Assembly (NCBI GenBank): GCA_963811105.1
Contig: CAWEPZ010000008.1
Location: 54,936 to 118,935 of the forward strand
DNA from: Candidatus Bathyarchaeota archaeon
GTDB taxonomy: Archaea; Thermoproteota; Bathyarchaeia; Bathyarchaeales; Bathycorpusculaceae
Direction: 5' to 3'
Length of the DNA: 64,000 bases
Within the stretch, counting starts at the first letter, position 1, and each line of letters opens with the position of its first letter. The position numbers and the translations under genes were made by a program. Shown piece by piece: positions 30,923 to 40,782 of this stretch. A model generated the notes under the pieces. It was not told the DNA's origin. It saw only the letters and a program-made list of their open reading frames with translations, and ran no database searches.

Positions 30923-31306
30923 TTACCAAAAAAAGACTCAGACTACAAAGGAGTCAGCTTAAAAAAAGAATTAATCAAACAAATAGAAGTATTCATCGAC
31001 AACAACCCACAATACAAGAGCATTTCAGACTTCATTCACGAAGCAGCCAGAATTAGAATGGAAGAAATAAACAAGATAAAAATACTCCCACGGTACGAGC
31101 ACTTCAACATTAACGATACTGGTGTAAGAATAACTGATCGTAAAATCGGCATGATAGCGGAAATTTACATCAAACCCCAGGGAATATTTTGTGATATCGA
31201 CAAAAGCAACACTTGTGAACATATAGACTTCGCATTAACAGTACCCGCCATACAAGAAATAATAACAAGAAAAAGAAAAGAAGGCTGGAACCTCCCAGAG
31301 ATCTAA
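30923..31306 (+). CDS. RHH protein with C-terminal Cys/His (SWIM-like) domain; apparent start codon TTA
   Basis: The frame extends upstream of ATG 31058 as LPKKDSDYKGVSLKKELIKQIEVFIDNNPQYKSISDFIHEAARIRMEE, with a GGGGA RBS. The C-terminal part has FCDIDKSNTCEH. Confidence 0.8.
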   Translation, partial: LPKKDSDYKGVSLKKELIKQIEVFIDNNPQYKSISDFIHEAARIRMEEINKIKILPRYEHFNINDTGVRITDRKIGMIAEIYIKPQGIFCDIDKSNTCEHIDFALTVPAIQEIITRKRKEGWNLPEI

Positions 31307-31554
31307 AATCTTGGCTAACGTCTGAGCTTTCGCCGTTCATGTTTTTTTAATTAATAAAAAGCACATCATAGAAGAATAAGTTTTGATCTTTGTTATCTCT
31401 AATGAAATTTTAATGTAACTAATCTCCAATGTTATACCCTTTTTGTCATTTTTGTTAATAAGATTTTCTAGAGGAAATTTCTGCCAGCCTTATAAGTGGG
31501 CTCTTAGATGGCAAACACTCAAACTCATAGGTTATAATGTATGCAATCCCGCAA

Positions 31555-31737
31555 TCAAGTTCCTTGATTGTTTGATGCGGGAGGTTTTGGTGTAAAGGTG
31601 ACTGTTATGGTTCCGTTCTCTTCTTTGGCGTCCCAGTCGAAGTCTTGGGTGAAAATGGGTTTGAGCACCTTGCTGAATTTTTTAGGAAAAACGAATTCCG
31701 TGGCTTCAATGTCAGCCAGCAGGAGTAACGAGCTCAC
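31555..31737 (-). CDS. Small hypothetical protein
   Basis: ORF with FPKKF...PIF.QDF pattern; family uncertain. Confidence 0.4.
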   Translation of the reverse strand: MSSLLLLADIEATEFVFPKKFSKVLKPIFTQDFDWDAKEENGTITVTFTPKPPASNNQGT

Positions 31738-31994
31738 TTACACTTATGATAGTTGACCACTAAAGGGAAAACAATTTCTTATTCTTTCAATTTTCTCAAC
31801 AAATATTATCGTTAATTTGTTAAACCGTTTTGTTGCCTATTATTTCTAACATCTGCGTACTGTTTGATGATGCACTTTTCATAGTTGACCGGCAGAAATA
31901 GATTAAAAAAATACACGATATTGTGTAAAATTGTGCGCATAACATACGCATATTAACACTTGTAATTTACGTTGCTTTGCTTAAGTCTAAAAAA

Positions 31995-32450
31995 TTATTT
32001 GGGCTGTATAGGCGAGGACTTTTTGGAAAGCTCTGCGTATTTCGCACTCCACTCTAACATTTCAGCTTCAAGCCCACGATAATCCATGTAATCGACCAGG
32101 AGCTCTTTGTAAACTTTGGAGCCGGCGATGATCCCTCGCAAACGCAAAACCTCATACTTATCCAAGCCTGGCTTCTCCAAAGCCTTCAAAGCAGCAACCA
32201 AAGTCTTCAAAGTTTCCTCAACACTTGGCAACTCCTCAGGCAATTCGAGCTTTGAAGAACAACAACACTGATTTTTTTGCTGTTGTTGTTCTCTCAACAA
32301 ACCAAACTTTATTAGTTTTTGACGAATACCCTCTTCCGAGTATTTGCCATCAAAACTAGAAGCAAGCACCCTAAGATCAACAGTTCCAGCTCTAAACCAA
32401 CTGGTTAGTTTCTTTTCATCCTCAAGATCCCAAGGCCTACCTTTAACCAA
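31995..32450 (-). CDS. Mobile-element-associated hypothetical protein (HTH/Myb-like N-terminus, coiled C-terminus)
   Basis: KG.PW..EDEKKL start, ELPSVEETLK.L..AL..L..PGLDK.EVLRLR; AGGAG RBS. Confidence 0.7.
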   Translation of the reverse strand: MVKGRPWDLEDEKKLTSWFRAGTVDLRVLASSFDGKYSEEGIRQKLIKFGLLREQQQQKNQCCCSSKLELPEELPSVEETLKTLVAALKALEKPGLDKYEVLRLRGIIAGSKVYKELLVDYMDYRGLEAEMLEWSAKYAELSKKSSPIQPK

Positions 32451-32573
32451 TATAGATACTCCTAATCAGCTCTAATCTAACCAGAACAATACTTCACCGA
32501 TTGAACAAAAATAGATTATTATCGTATTTACGATAATAACTCATTTATTCATCTAAACCCCAAAACTAACACA

Positions 32574-32765
32574 ATGAGTCTAACGCAAAGAGAGCGCATA
32601 ATTCTGCAATTAGAAACCAAGGGCTTAAGCGACTACAAGATAGCCCGCAAAATCAACACCGACCCACCCTCCATAACAAGATCAAGAAGAAACGCCCACA
32701 AAAAACTCAAACAAGCCCAAACAGACCTACAATACGCACAACAAATAGGTATAACAATGACTTAA
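32574..32765 (+). CDS. Sigma70-r4/LuxR-like HTH protein
   Basis: LTQRER.IL.L..KGLSDYKIARKI...SITRSR..A.KKL. Confidence 0.8.
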   Translation: MSLTQRERIILQLETKGLSDYKIARKINTDPPSITRSRRNAHKKLKQAQTDLQYAQQIGITMT

Positions 32766-32810
32766 ATTTGTTAACTTATTGCATGTTGAATCTTCTTCTT
32801 AACCTTCTAA

Positions 32811-32966
32811 GCGAAACATCCAATAAGCATAGCTCTATCAAATCGCGTATTAGAGAAAATACGTAAAGACGCTTCAAAACAGAAAAGATCAAGAAGCGAA
32901 ATTGTAGAACTACATTTTGAAACCCTTTTCTTCGAGAACTTGGAATTAAAACCGTCTCGAAACTAA
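32811..32966 (+). pseudogene. CopG-like RHH gene lacking an intact start
   Basis: AKHPISIALSNRVLEKIRKDASKQKRSRSEIVELHF; an in-frame TAA lies immediately upstream. Confidence 0.6.
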
Positions 32967-33154
32967 ACGTTTAACCTATTTGCTTAAATTTACAACAATT
33001 CAGGATAATAGCTGCAAAACAGTGAACTTAACTCCGGCATAATGTAGTAGACCACTTTAACAAACAAGATTATGACTGATTAGGCCGAGATAGATAGTGC
33101 AGTTAATGTTTAAAAAAATATTATTAATTGAAAGCATTAGTCAATATTTAGCTA

Positions 33155-33445
33155 TCATTCTAAACATTCAGAAATTTCTGGGTTTCTGGTTAATTCATCT
33201 AAAGACTTGTTTAGCAATACATTGTCTCCAACTTGCGAAACTAATGAGATAGGTAAGCATACAGTTTTTGGACTTCTAAATCTTTTTTTGAACCCAAGGT
33301 CCTCAGATGCTGCTTTTGACAACTTCACATGGAGATGGGTAACTTGCCAAGTGCTAGTGTTTATTTCTCCTCCATTAATCTCTCCGAGGTCAAATCCGCC
33401 TGCACAAATAACATATTTTCCAGAAAGTTCATCAAAACTCACCAT
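33155..33445 (-). CDS. PRC-barrel domain protein
   Basis: ELSGK.VI...G..LGEI.G.EI....WQVTHL and VSQVGDNVLL motifs. Confidence 0.85.
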   Translation of the reverse strand: MVSFDELSGKYVICAGGFDLGEINGGEINTSTWQVTHLHVKLSKAASEDLGFKKRFRSPKTVCLPISLVSQVGDNVLLNKSLDELTRNPEISECLE

Positions 33446-33816
33446 AACAAATCACTAATTAATACCACCAAAATCAGAAATATAATTCTTTCCGTAATAT
33501 CGCGTTAGACAAATTCATGGAGAAAAGATGATTGAATCACCTGAAATTCACTATTTAAGATTAATAAACATGGAGAAATAAAATTCAGCTGATAGAGTGT
33601 ATTTTCTTTCTTTTCCTGTGTCCCATTTTTTAATCTCGAAGCCTGAAATAGAAAATATCAAAAAGTGAGTAAATAGAGCTTCACTTTCAAAATGTCTTTG
33701 TTAAACAATATCTATTGGTAACCATGACCTGAGAGTGTTTTATCCACAGAATAGCTGTCGAATTTTTCAAGAATCAAAAATAGAGGAAGATAGATGTTTT
33801 CTATTTTTTACTGTTT

Positions 33817-34914
33817 TTAAGTTGCTGCTAATCCTGAAGCTGCTGCTGGAACTGAGCTAACTGAAGTTACTTGCCAAAAGCTTCCGTCGCTGTAGACTTT
33901 GAACCCGGTTATGCTACCCCCATTAAGTGTATATAAGAATTGACTGTGTTTGCTGAAAGCTAAATCAAGGGTAGGTACATTGGTTTTTGCCTCTATTGAA
34001 CTCACTAAGTTCAATGCACCCGTATCTGAGATAGAAAATGTTGAAATCGTTCCGCCATGTGCGTTAGAGGTATAGGCAAAGGTGCCCTTTTCATTTATTA
34101 CTACCCAACAAGGGGCATTTCCGAAAGTAGGCATAGCACCACTGATCGTTCTTAAGTTACCTTGGTCAGAAACTACGTATGAGGATAAAGAGTTTGTTGC
34201 GGCTTCACTTAGAACCAATTTGTCTTTGTCTGTGAAAGCAAAGCCATAAGGTCCTCCACCATTGGAGGGTTGAGTTGCTACGTCCTCAGCTATTCCGTCT
34301 GGGCCAACTGTGTACGTGTCAATGATGTTTGTACCTTTTTCTGTTACGACTAATACGTTTCCTTTCGGGTTGAATCCTATCTGTTCGGCTGATGGAGAAG
34401 GCATTCCGCTTAGAGGTTGATTAGATCCAACTAAGTAAGTTAACGTCCCAGTAGTGCTAAGCATAAATCCAGCAATGTTTCCAGATCCGCCAGCATCTAG
34501 CACATATACCCAGTTCTTATCGTTGATAGTTAGGCTAATCGGCATGGTACCGTGTGAACTGACTTTGCTTACAAAATTTAAGCCGTTGTTTTGTACCTTG
34601 AAAACAGAGATTTCGTTGCTTCCAGCATTAACCACAAGTAGGAAACGCCCATCTTGTGTGAGCATTACTGCGCCTTGGCTTGCCAATGCTGCTCCTGTTC
34701 CTGCTCCTTGTGTGGCATAAGAACTAACAAACATGATTGACCCATCTGCAGCTCTACCGTAATACAAAACATTGTTAGATGCAGCATTATCAATAGTGTA
34801 AATGGCTCCCGCAGGTCCAGGAACTGCAGTTACAAAGCTTGCAGCTAAAACCGCTGCTATGACTATTACCACAATACTAAAAAGCGCCAAAAAATTTCTT
34901 TTCGTTTTTTTCAC
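33817..34914 (-). CDS. Secreted lactonase-family 7-bladed beta-propeller
   Basis: Signal peptide; DGRFLLVVNAGSNEISVF, PYGFAF and APCWV repeats. Confidence 0.85.
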   Translation of the reverse strand: MKKTKRNFLALFSIVVIVIAAVLAASFVTAVPGPAGAIYTIDNAASNNVLYYGRAADGSIMFVSSYATQGAGTGAALASQGAVMLTQDGRFLLVVNAGSNEISVFKVQNNGLNFVSKVSSHGTMPISLTINDKNWVYVLDAGGSGNIAGFMLSTTGTLTYLVGSNQPLSGMPSPSAEQIGFNPKGNVLVVTEKGTNIIDTYTVGPDGIAEDVATQPSNGGGPYGFAFTDKDKLVLSEAATNSLSSYVVSDQGNLRTISGAMPTFGNAPCWVVINEKGTFAYTSNAHGGTISTFSISDTGALNLVSSIEAKTNVPTLDLAFSKHSQFLYTLNGGSITGFKVYSDGSFWQVTSVSSVPAAASGLAAT

Positions 34915-35512
34915 CTCCTAATTACTTTGCTTGAATTAAGAGCTATCTGCTAAAACCAGAAACAGACTTATAAGAAATTGTGGTAGTCGTGAAACAAGAT
35001 CAATTAGCTTTTTTCCACAAAGAAGCACGCCAGAAATTTCAGTGTTTTTTGAAAGGAAAATTTTTGTCCACAATTAAAGTAAGTTTACTTATATTGTGAC
35101 TCTTGGTAGTTCTCGTCTCGTTGCTGTGATGCTATATCATCCCTAATTGGAGCCTTACCTCTAATTTGGAGCTTTACCCCTGAATATTGGATAATAGTCG
35201 CACTTTGCGTAATAATTGCAATTGTAGCAGCTGCGGCATTGGCAAAAAAATAAATCATATAGCAAAATTCTTTTTTTTCTGAACAAGGCAAATTGCGCTA
35301 AAAGGAATCTAAACACCGAACTATATAAGCAATTTAGAACCGCTCGCGATTTATGAAGCCAGTTTACAGCAACAAACCAAACGGTATCTGTTCTAATTCT
35401 TTCGCGCTGGGTTCTCTTTCTATAGGGTTTGTGGTATCAGAATGCCAACAACAAAGCCTTAACTTTCCTTTTGAATTGAATCAATAACTAAGAAAATGAG
35501 GTGTTTTATAAA

Positions 35513-35875
35513 ATGCGGGCTTCAATAAATGAATTAACCAAAGTTATGGATACCGAAGAGATGGCTATGTATGAAGGAGTATGGGGTGAAATGCACGTTG
35601 AATATGACGTGTTCAAAACAGCAATGGATGTTACCCCTTACTTGAAAGGACTGCCAAACGACCGTGACCCATGTCCACACTGGGGCATCGTTGTAAAAGG
35701 ACAAATGAAGATAATATACGATGGAAAAGAAGAAATTGCCAAAGCAGGAGACGCCTACTATTTCCCGCCAAATCATACGGCCATGGCAGAACCAGGAACA
35801 GAGGTTTGGGAATTTAGCCCCAACGACAAGCTGCAAAAAACAATGGAAGTTATCAACCGCAACATGGAAGGATGA
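35513..35875 (+). CDS. Cupin-domain protein
   Basis: CPHWG, AGDAYYFPPNH and EFSP motifs. Confidence 0.85.
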   Translation: MRASINELTKVMDTEEMAMYEGVWGEMHVEYDVFKTAMDVTPYLKGLPNDRDPCPHWGIVVKGQMKIIYDGKEEIAKAGDAYYFPPNHTAMAEPGTEVWEFSPNDKLQKTMEVINRNMEG

Positions 35876-36094
35876 TGCCGAAGAAATAGACTGCGTTGTT
35901 TTCCAAAAGATAATTGAGCATTTTATCATCTCTTTTTTGAAAAAAGAAATAGAAAGTCAAAAAAAAACAGAAAAGACAACTTGTGTTATTTTTTAGATGC
36001 GCGACAAAAATTTCCTAAATCCTCGCATGAGCACTAACGAGCTAAGACTTGCAGTAGTTATTCCAACTGCTATAAATGCAAGACAAAGTTCTGC

Positions 36095-36379
36095 TTACTC
36101 AAGCCGCAGGTTATTACCAGGAAGCCAACCAATACCAAGATAGCGACGAAGACCCAAGTCTCCAAGGGCATTCCCATTAACTTCTATTTGGACTCTTTTT
36201 TTCTTTTCGGCCGTTTGTTCTCTTCCCTGCATGAAGGCGTTTTCAGAAGCAGTTATTTCGTCTTCATCAAGCATTTCTTCTCTCTGTTCATCATCATAAA
36301 TATCTTCAGTATCTGCTTCTTCTTCTTGCTTGTCAACATCGTCAGTGTCAACATGCTTCATCTTCCTCTTCTTACTCAT
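36095..36379 (-). CDS. Acidic hypothetical protein (3' end possibly frameshifted)
   Basis: DIYD.EQREEMLDEDEIT..E.AFMQG; divergent from the 36498 gene. Confidence 0.55.
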   Translation of the reverse strand: MSKKRKMKHVDTDDVDKQEEEADTEDIYDDEQREEMLDEDEITASENAFMQGREQTAEKKKRVQIEVNGNALGDLGLRRYLGIGWLPGNNLRLE

Positions 36380-36497
36380 CAAAAACATATATCAAAAATA
36401 TGCAGGACAGAAGCTTATGATGTTAACGAGAACAAAACAAGAGCATTGCACGCTAGATATAAAAGTTCAATGTCGATCTCAATAGATAGAACAAAAA

Positions 36498-36965
36498 ATG
36501 CCTGCAGCGAACACAGTTTTGGAAGTTGAGGATCCCCATTTTACAATTAGGCTCTATGAGGATCTCCTCAAAATTGACTTGAAAGGAAGCTTCAAGAATG
36601 AAATCGAAGAAGCACTAGAAAATAAACCCGTTCTCAAAGAAACACTCGGTAGGATACTTGGCATATTTGTTCCGTTGCACATACGCATAAGCGACATAGA
36701 TTCGGTGCATATGGACGAGACTGGAAAAATCAATATAAGACTCTCTCATCACCGAGATATTACAGTTCAGTTTGAACGCAAAGAAGATGCTGAGAAACTC
36801 GTGGAAAAACTGAATCAATTGCTTTCAAGAGCTGAAACAAAGAAAATCCAAGAAATTAAAGCGAGGCGCAGAGCTGAAAAGGAGAAAATCCAAGTAAGTA
36901 AAGTGAGGAGCAGAGCTGAAAGAAAACGGTATCGCAAGCGCTCGGACGCGGAACGAAGAGTCTAA
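36498..36965 (+). CDS. Hypothetical protein with basic coiled tail (possible PH-like fold)
   Basis: TATA box TATAAA upstream; IRISDIDSV...AEKLVEKLN pattern. Confidence 0.7.
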   Translation: MPAANTVLEVEDPHFTIRLYEDLLKIDLKGSFKNEIEEALENKPVLKETLGRILGIFVPLHIRISDIDSVHMDETGKINIRLSHHRDITVQFERKEDAEKLVEKLNQLLSRAETKKIQEIKARRRAEKEKIQVSKVRSRAERKRYRKRSDAERRV

Positions 36966-37100
36966 AATCGGCGACTTTTAGGCAATTGATTCTGTCTTCA
37001 TTAATGGGTGTACTCTTGGTTTTGCCAAATACTGTTTTTTCAATACCGCTACTCAAACTTTTTTAATGTCAGAATAGCTTACCCTTATGGGCTAGTACTT

Positions 37101-37442
37101 TTGCTTTTTGGACACAAAAATAAATCTCAAAGTGAACTCCAAGTAGACTTAGGCGATTTACAAAACGAAAAAGAAAACCTAACTAGCTTTCTGCAATTAC
37201 ACCTCAAAGTTTCAGTTTCCCAAGTTGAGGACAAGTTGAAGGTAGATTCAGAAACGGTGTCACTACAGGAACTGCAGCATGTAGTGAACAAGTTTGTATA
37301 CCACCGAGACCTAAACAACACTCACTGGGTCTCCGCTGAAGGGTCAACCGTAAAAATTAACAAGCTTAAGGTAACCGAGAAAAAAGAGAAACCTGAGAAA
37401 GAACCACCACACCAAACCGCTGCGCAAAGCTGGGGACTATAA
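37101..37442 (+). CDS. Ribosomal protein eL22-like protein (tentative)
   Basis: VDLGDL...LTSFL...LQHVVNKFVYHRDL...WV...TVKI resembles the eL22 LK.LTKKYL.K..L motif. Confidence 0.45.
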   Translation: MLFGHKNKSQSELQVDLGDLQNEKENLTSFLQLHLKVSVSQVEDKLKVDSETVSLQELQHVVNKFVYHRDLNNTHWVSAEGSTVKINKLKVTEKKEKPEKEPPHQTAAQSWGL

Positions 37443-37618
37443 GAAAATTCCGTTAAATTCGCCAGTTCTTTACTGGTTCTAACAACAAAACAAGCTAGCG
37501 TGCGCTATAGTAAAATCACCAGTACCAATCGTTTTTGGTGCGAGGTAACCATTATTGTTTTTAGTTAACTTGTTTGAGATCCGCTGCATTTTTAAGAGAA
37601 GAAAACAGTATTTGTTAC

Positions 37619-38026
37619 ATGCAGATTGGCTATGTTTTTCTGTGCAGTAATGCTTCGATGATTAAGTGCATGAGAAATAAACGCTTTAGTTGTTCCGATA
37701 AACAAATTAAAGTAGCTCAAGAATTAGAAATAAACACAATCATTTTTTTGCTCAATAATGAAACAGATACACTTCTTGGGCCATTCACTGTTGTTCAAGG
37801 ACCTGAAGATTTGGAAAAGGGAACATGGTACAGTAGCATAGATGAGCATAGCGCTTCCGAAAACCTCAAAGTCGAATGGGAAAGACTACATGAACTAAAA
37901 CACGCAACCGAAAAAATATCCTTTCTGAAAGAAACCAAAGATTGCAGCCTTTCTGATCTACAGACTCAGGAACTACTATCAACATTAAAGGATGCACCTT
38001 TATACACTGAATCGAAATCTGAGTAA
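37619..38026 (+). CDS. DCD (development and cell death)-like domain protein
   Basis: GYVFLCSN.....C....F...IFLLN.ET..LLGPF matches the DCD pattern G.IF.CN..T..EC....F...LFL.N....LYG.F. Confidence 0.6.
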   Translation: MQIGYVFLCSNASMIKCMRNKRFSCSDKQIKVAQELEINTIIFLLNNETDTLLGPFTVVQGPEDLEKGTWYSSIDEHSASENLKVEWERLHELKHATEKISFLKETKDCSLSDLQTQELLSTLKDAPLYTESKSE

Positions 38027-38150
38027 GAAAAAAACAGCCTCCAACTATTGCAAGAAGTAATATTTTTTTAAGCAATCCGAACAGGGAAATGAAAAAACGA
38101 TAAGAACAAGATGAATTTGTTAATGCTCTTTTTCGATAGCTATTTCTAAA

Positions 38151-40592
38151 TCAAATGGGCAGTTCCATTATGAATTTGGTTCCTTTCCCAATCTCACTCT
38201 CAAAGGTGACCGTTCCGCCCATTCCTTCAGTTAACCTTTTAACCACGGCTAAACCGAAGCCCTGACCTTTAGACTTGGTCGTCACAAGCGGCGTAAACAG
38301 ATTGTTTCTAACGCTTTCAGGTATGCCTTCACCTTCGTCCTCAACAGTAATGATGGCTTTGCCATTTTTCGTAACCGCGTTTATGGCGAGTTTTCCCCCG
38401 TTTGGCATTGCTTGAACGGCGTTGTTAACCAAGTTTGTCAATATTCTTCGCATGTAAGCTTCGTCGGTTCTAAGTTTGGGAAAGTCTTTTCTGATGGAAT
38501 ATCTTACAGTAACGTTCCCAGGAATTTCAAGTTGAGCTAAGACCGAGTGAACTATCTGTTTGAGATCGGTTTCTTCGAGTTTTGGCGCCAAAGGTCTCGC
38601 GAAGTCTTGCAGGTCCGCTACAATCTTGTTAATGTAATCAACGTTCTTTTCAATTTCCTGCAGACTTTCTAACGCATTCTTTTTCTCATCACTCTCTGGA
38701 ATAGAAGCTAACTCTGTTTTAGCCAGGTACAGATCGCCAGTTATAGCCTGCAACGGGTTTCGAATATCATGACCAACCATGCCAGCAGTCTGACCAATAG
38801 CTACCATGCGTTCAGAATCTTTAAGCTGTTTGGTGCGGGCTTCAACAAGCTTCTCCAAGTCCTTCCGGTATTCTTCAAGCTTCTCTTCAGCTTCCTTACG
38901 TTCAGAGATATCTCGGAAGATGAGAACGACACCAGTGGTCTTGCCGTCCTTGTCTTTTATGGGTGCGCCGCTGTCGTCGATTGGGACTTCGGTGCTGTCT
39001 TTTCGGATCAAGACTGAGTGGTTAGCCAAACCGACGATTACGCCCTCTTTGAGAACTCTATCTATTGGATTTTCAACTTTCAAACGGGTTTGCTCGTTAA
39101 TTATGTTGAACACTTCTTGCACTGATTTCTTTGAAGCCTCGGCTAGAGTCCAACCAGTTAATTTCTCCGCCACGCTATTCATGAAATCAACTTTTCCTTT
39201 AGCATCTGTGGCAATGACCGCGTCGCCGACACTCGATAGTGTGGTCGCCCAACGCTGTTCACTAGCCCGCAGAGCCTCCTCAGCCTGCTTCCTTTCATCA
39301 ACGTTAACTGAATATATGCGCATTCGCTGATCTTGCGTCAAATAGAATCGTTGATTATACCAGTGACTTTCGATTTTTTCATCTCTATTAAAAGTTCTTT
39401 TCTTTTCATCTCGAAAGGCTTTGACCACTTGTTCCCAGTCGCCAAGCAAACGATGGCTCAGACCCTTGGATTTGAAATCAGGAAACAGATTTTCAGTCGC
39501 CTGATTAGCGTACCGAACAGTGCCATCAAAATCAACTTCAATAATAGGGTTAGGATTAAGCGCCGGGAACGAAGCTAACCTGGAAATCTCTACATCAGAT
39601 TTCTTTCGCCCAGTAATGTCTTCGAACATTGCAACGAAATATTCTTTCTTTGGGCTGTAAGCTGATATTGAATACCATTTTTTGAGCGGTTCAAAATAAG
39701 TCTCAAACTTCACGGCCTGGCCGGTGATTGCCACTTTTCCGTAAGTTCCAATTAGATTAGCTGGATCTTTCTCTATGCCAGGAAAAACAATAGTTACCTT
39801 TTTCCCAATTATTTTTTCCTTTTTTAGCCCTGTTAACTTCTCAAAGGTTTTATTGACCTCGAGAAAAACGTAATCCACAGGTTTTCCTTTCTCATCAAGC
39901 AAGACTTTGTGATAGGCATAGGCGTCCTGCATTTTCTCGAAAAGCACGCTGTATTTATGCTCGCTAAGTTCAAGCGCACCGTTCGCCAGTTTCCGCCTTA
40001 CAGCATTTTCAACTAAACTCCACTTTTTACCCTGCTTGATTAACGTCCCTACATGATTACGTATAACATCAACAACATCCGTGCCGCTGCAGCTTAAGAG
40101 GCAGTAAGTGCATAATGCAATCATCCGGTGCTCTATGATAACTGAGTTGATTGCTTCTTCGTAATCGACAAAACTGGTCCAGAGATCGCGTTCGATCCAG
40201 AACGTGTTTCCAGAAAGACGCAAACCGTCAAACCCATGTTGAAATGCATATTTTTCTTTTTGGACCCAACCCTGCAAGACTCTATTGCAATCAAACTTGC
40301 CGCCCAACAAGTACCAATTATCATATGAGATTATCTCAATCTGCCCTTTCCTAAAATATTCGTCAATATTTGGGAGAACTCGACTAAGTGCCTCTTTTGC
40401 TTCCTTCACTTCTAAAGGCGGAGAAGTAATCCACATGCAAAACTCGTTATTCCTCAAACCTTCGGCAAAATAAGGAACAAGGATATCAATTAGGTCTTCT
40501 TTGCTTTCATAAAACTGGCAAAGGTGAGTCCCCCAAGGAATTTTCCCCACATGACTGACGCCAAATCTGCGCAGTGCATCATTTTTTGCCAT
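38151..40592 (-). CDS. MEDS-PAS sensor histidine kinase
   Basis: WGTHLCQFY (MEDS), PAS repeats, HDIRNPL H-box, and NAVQAM / DEGEGI / GQGFGL N and G boxes. Confidence 0.93.
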   Translation of the reverse strand: MAKNDALRRFGVSHVGKIPWGTHLCQFYESKEDLIDILVPYFAEGLRNNEFCMWITSPPLEVKEAKEALSRVLPNIDEYFRKGQIEIISYDNWYLLGGKFDCNRVLQGWVQKEKYAFQHGFDGLRLSGNTFWIERDLWTSFVDYEEAINSVIIEHRMIALCTYCLLSCSGTDVVDVIRNHVGTLIKQGKKWSLVENAVRRKLANGALELSEHKYSVLFEKMQDAYAYHKVLLDEKGKPVDYVFLEVNKTFEKLTGLKKEKIIGKKVTIVFPGIEKDPANLIGTYGKVAITGQAVKFETYFEPLKKWYSISAYSPKKEYFVAMFEDITGRKKSDVEISRLASFPALNPNPIIEVDFDGTVRYANQATENLFPDFKSKGLSHRLLGDWEQVVKAFRDEKKRTFNRDEKIESHWYNQRFYLTQDQRMRIYSVNVDERKQAEEALRASEQRWATTLSSVGDAVIATDAKGKVDFMNSVAEKLTGWTLAEASKKSVQEVFNIINEQTRLKVENPIDRVLKEGVIVGLANHSVLIRKDSTEVPIDDSGAPIKDKDGKTTGVVLIFRDISERKEAEEKLEEYRKDLEKLVEARTKQLKDSERMVAIGQTAGMVGHDIRNPLQAITGDLYLAKTELASIPESDEKKNALESLQEIEKNVDYINKIVADLQDFARPLAPKLEETDLKQIVHSVLAQLEIPGNVTVRYSIRKDFPKLRTDEAYMRRILTNLVNNAVQAMPNGGKLAINAVTKNGKAIITVEDEGEGIPESVRNNLFTPLVTTKSKGQGFGLAVVKRLTEGMGGTVTFESEIGKGTKFIMELPI

Positions 40593-40782
40593 TAGCCAAC
40601 ACTTTATCCTCAAATAAACGTACTTTGCATAAAAAGCTTTCAGAAAAAGACATTTCAAGATAAAGAAAGGAAATTGGCTGGAAGAAACCGTCGTTTCTCA
40701 GAATGCAAGAAGGTGCACAACTTTGCAATATGATCCTTGTTCACATTCGATTAGAGAAAGAGCCATTCAGCTGTCTTCATTA

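Larger units (their letters stand above)
28347..32966. mobile_element. Putative integrated element or remnant next to tRNA-Ile (distal boundary unknown)
   Basis: Integrase, coupled small ORFs and several RHH/HTH genes adjacent to a tRNA. No att repeat was found by eye. Confidence 0.6.
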
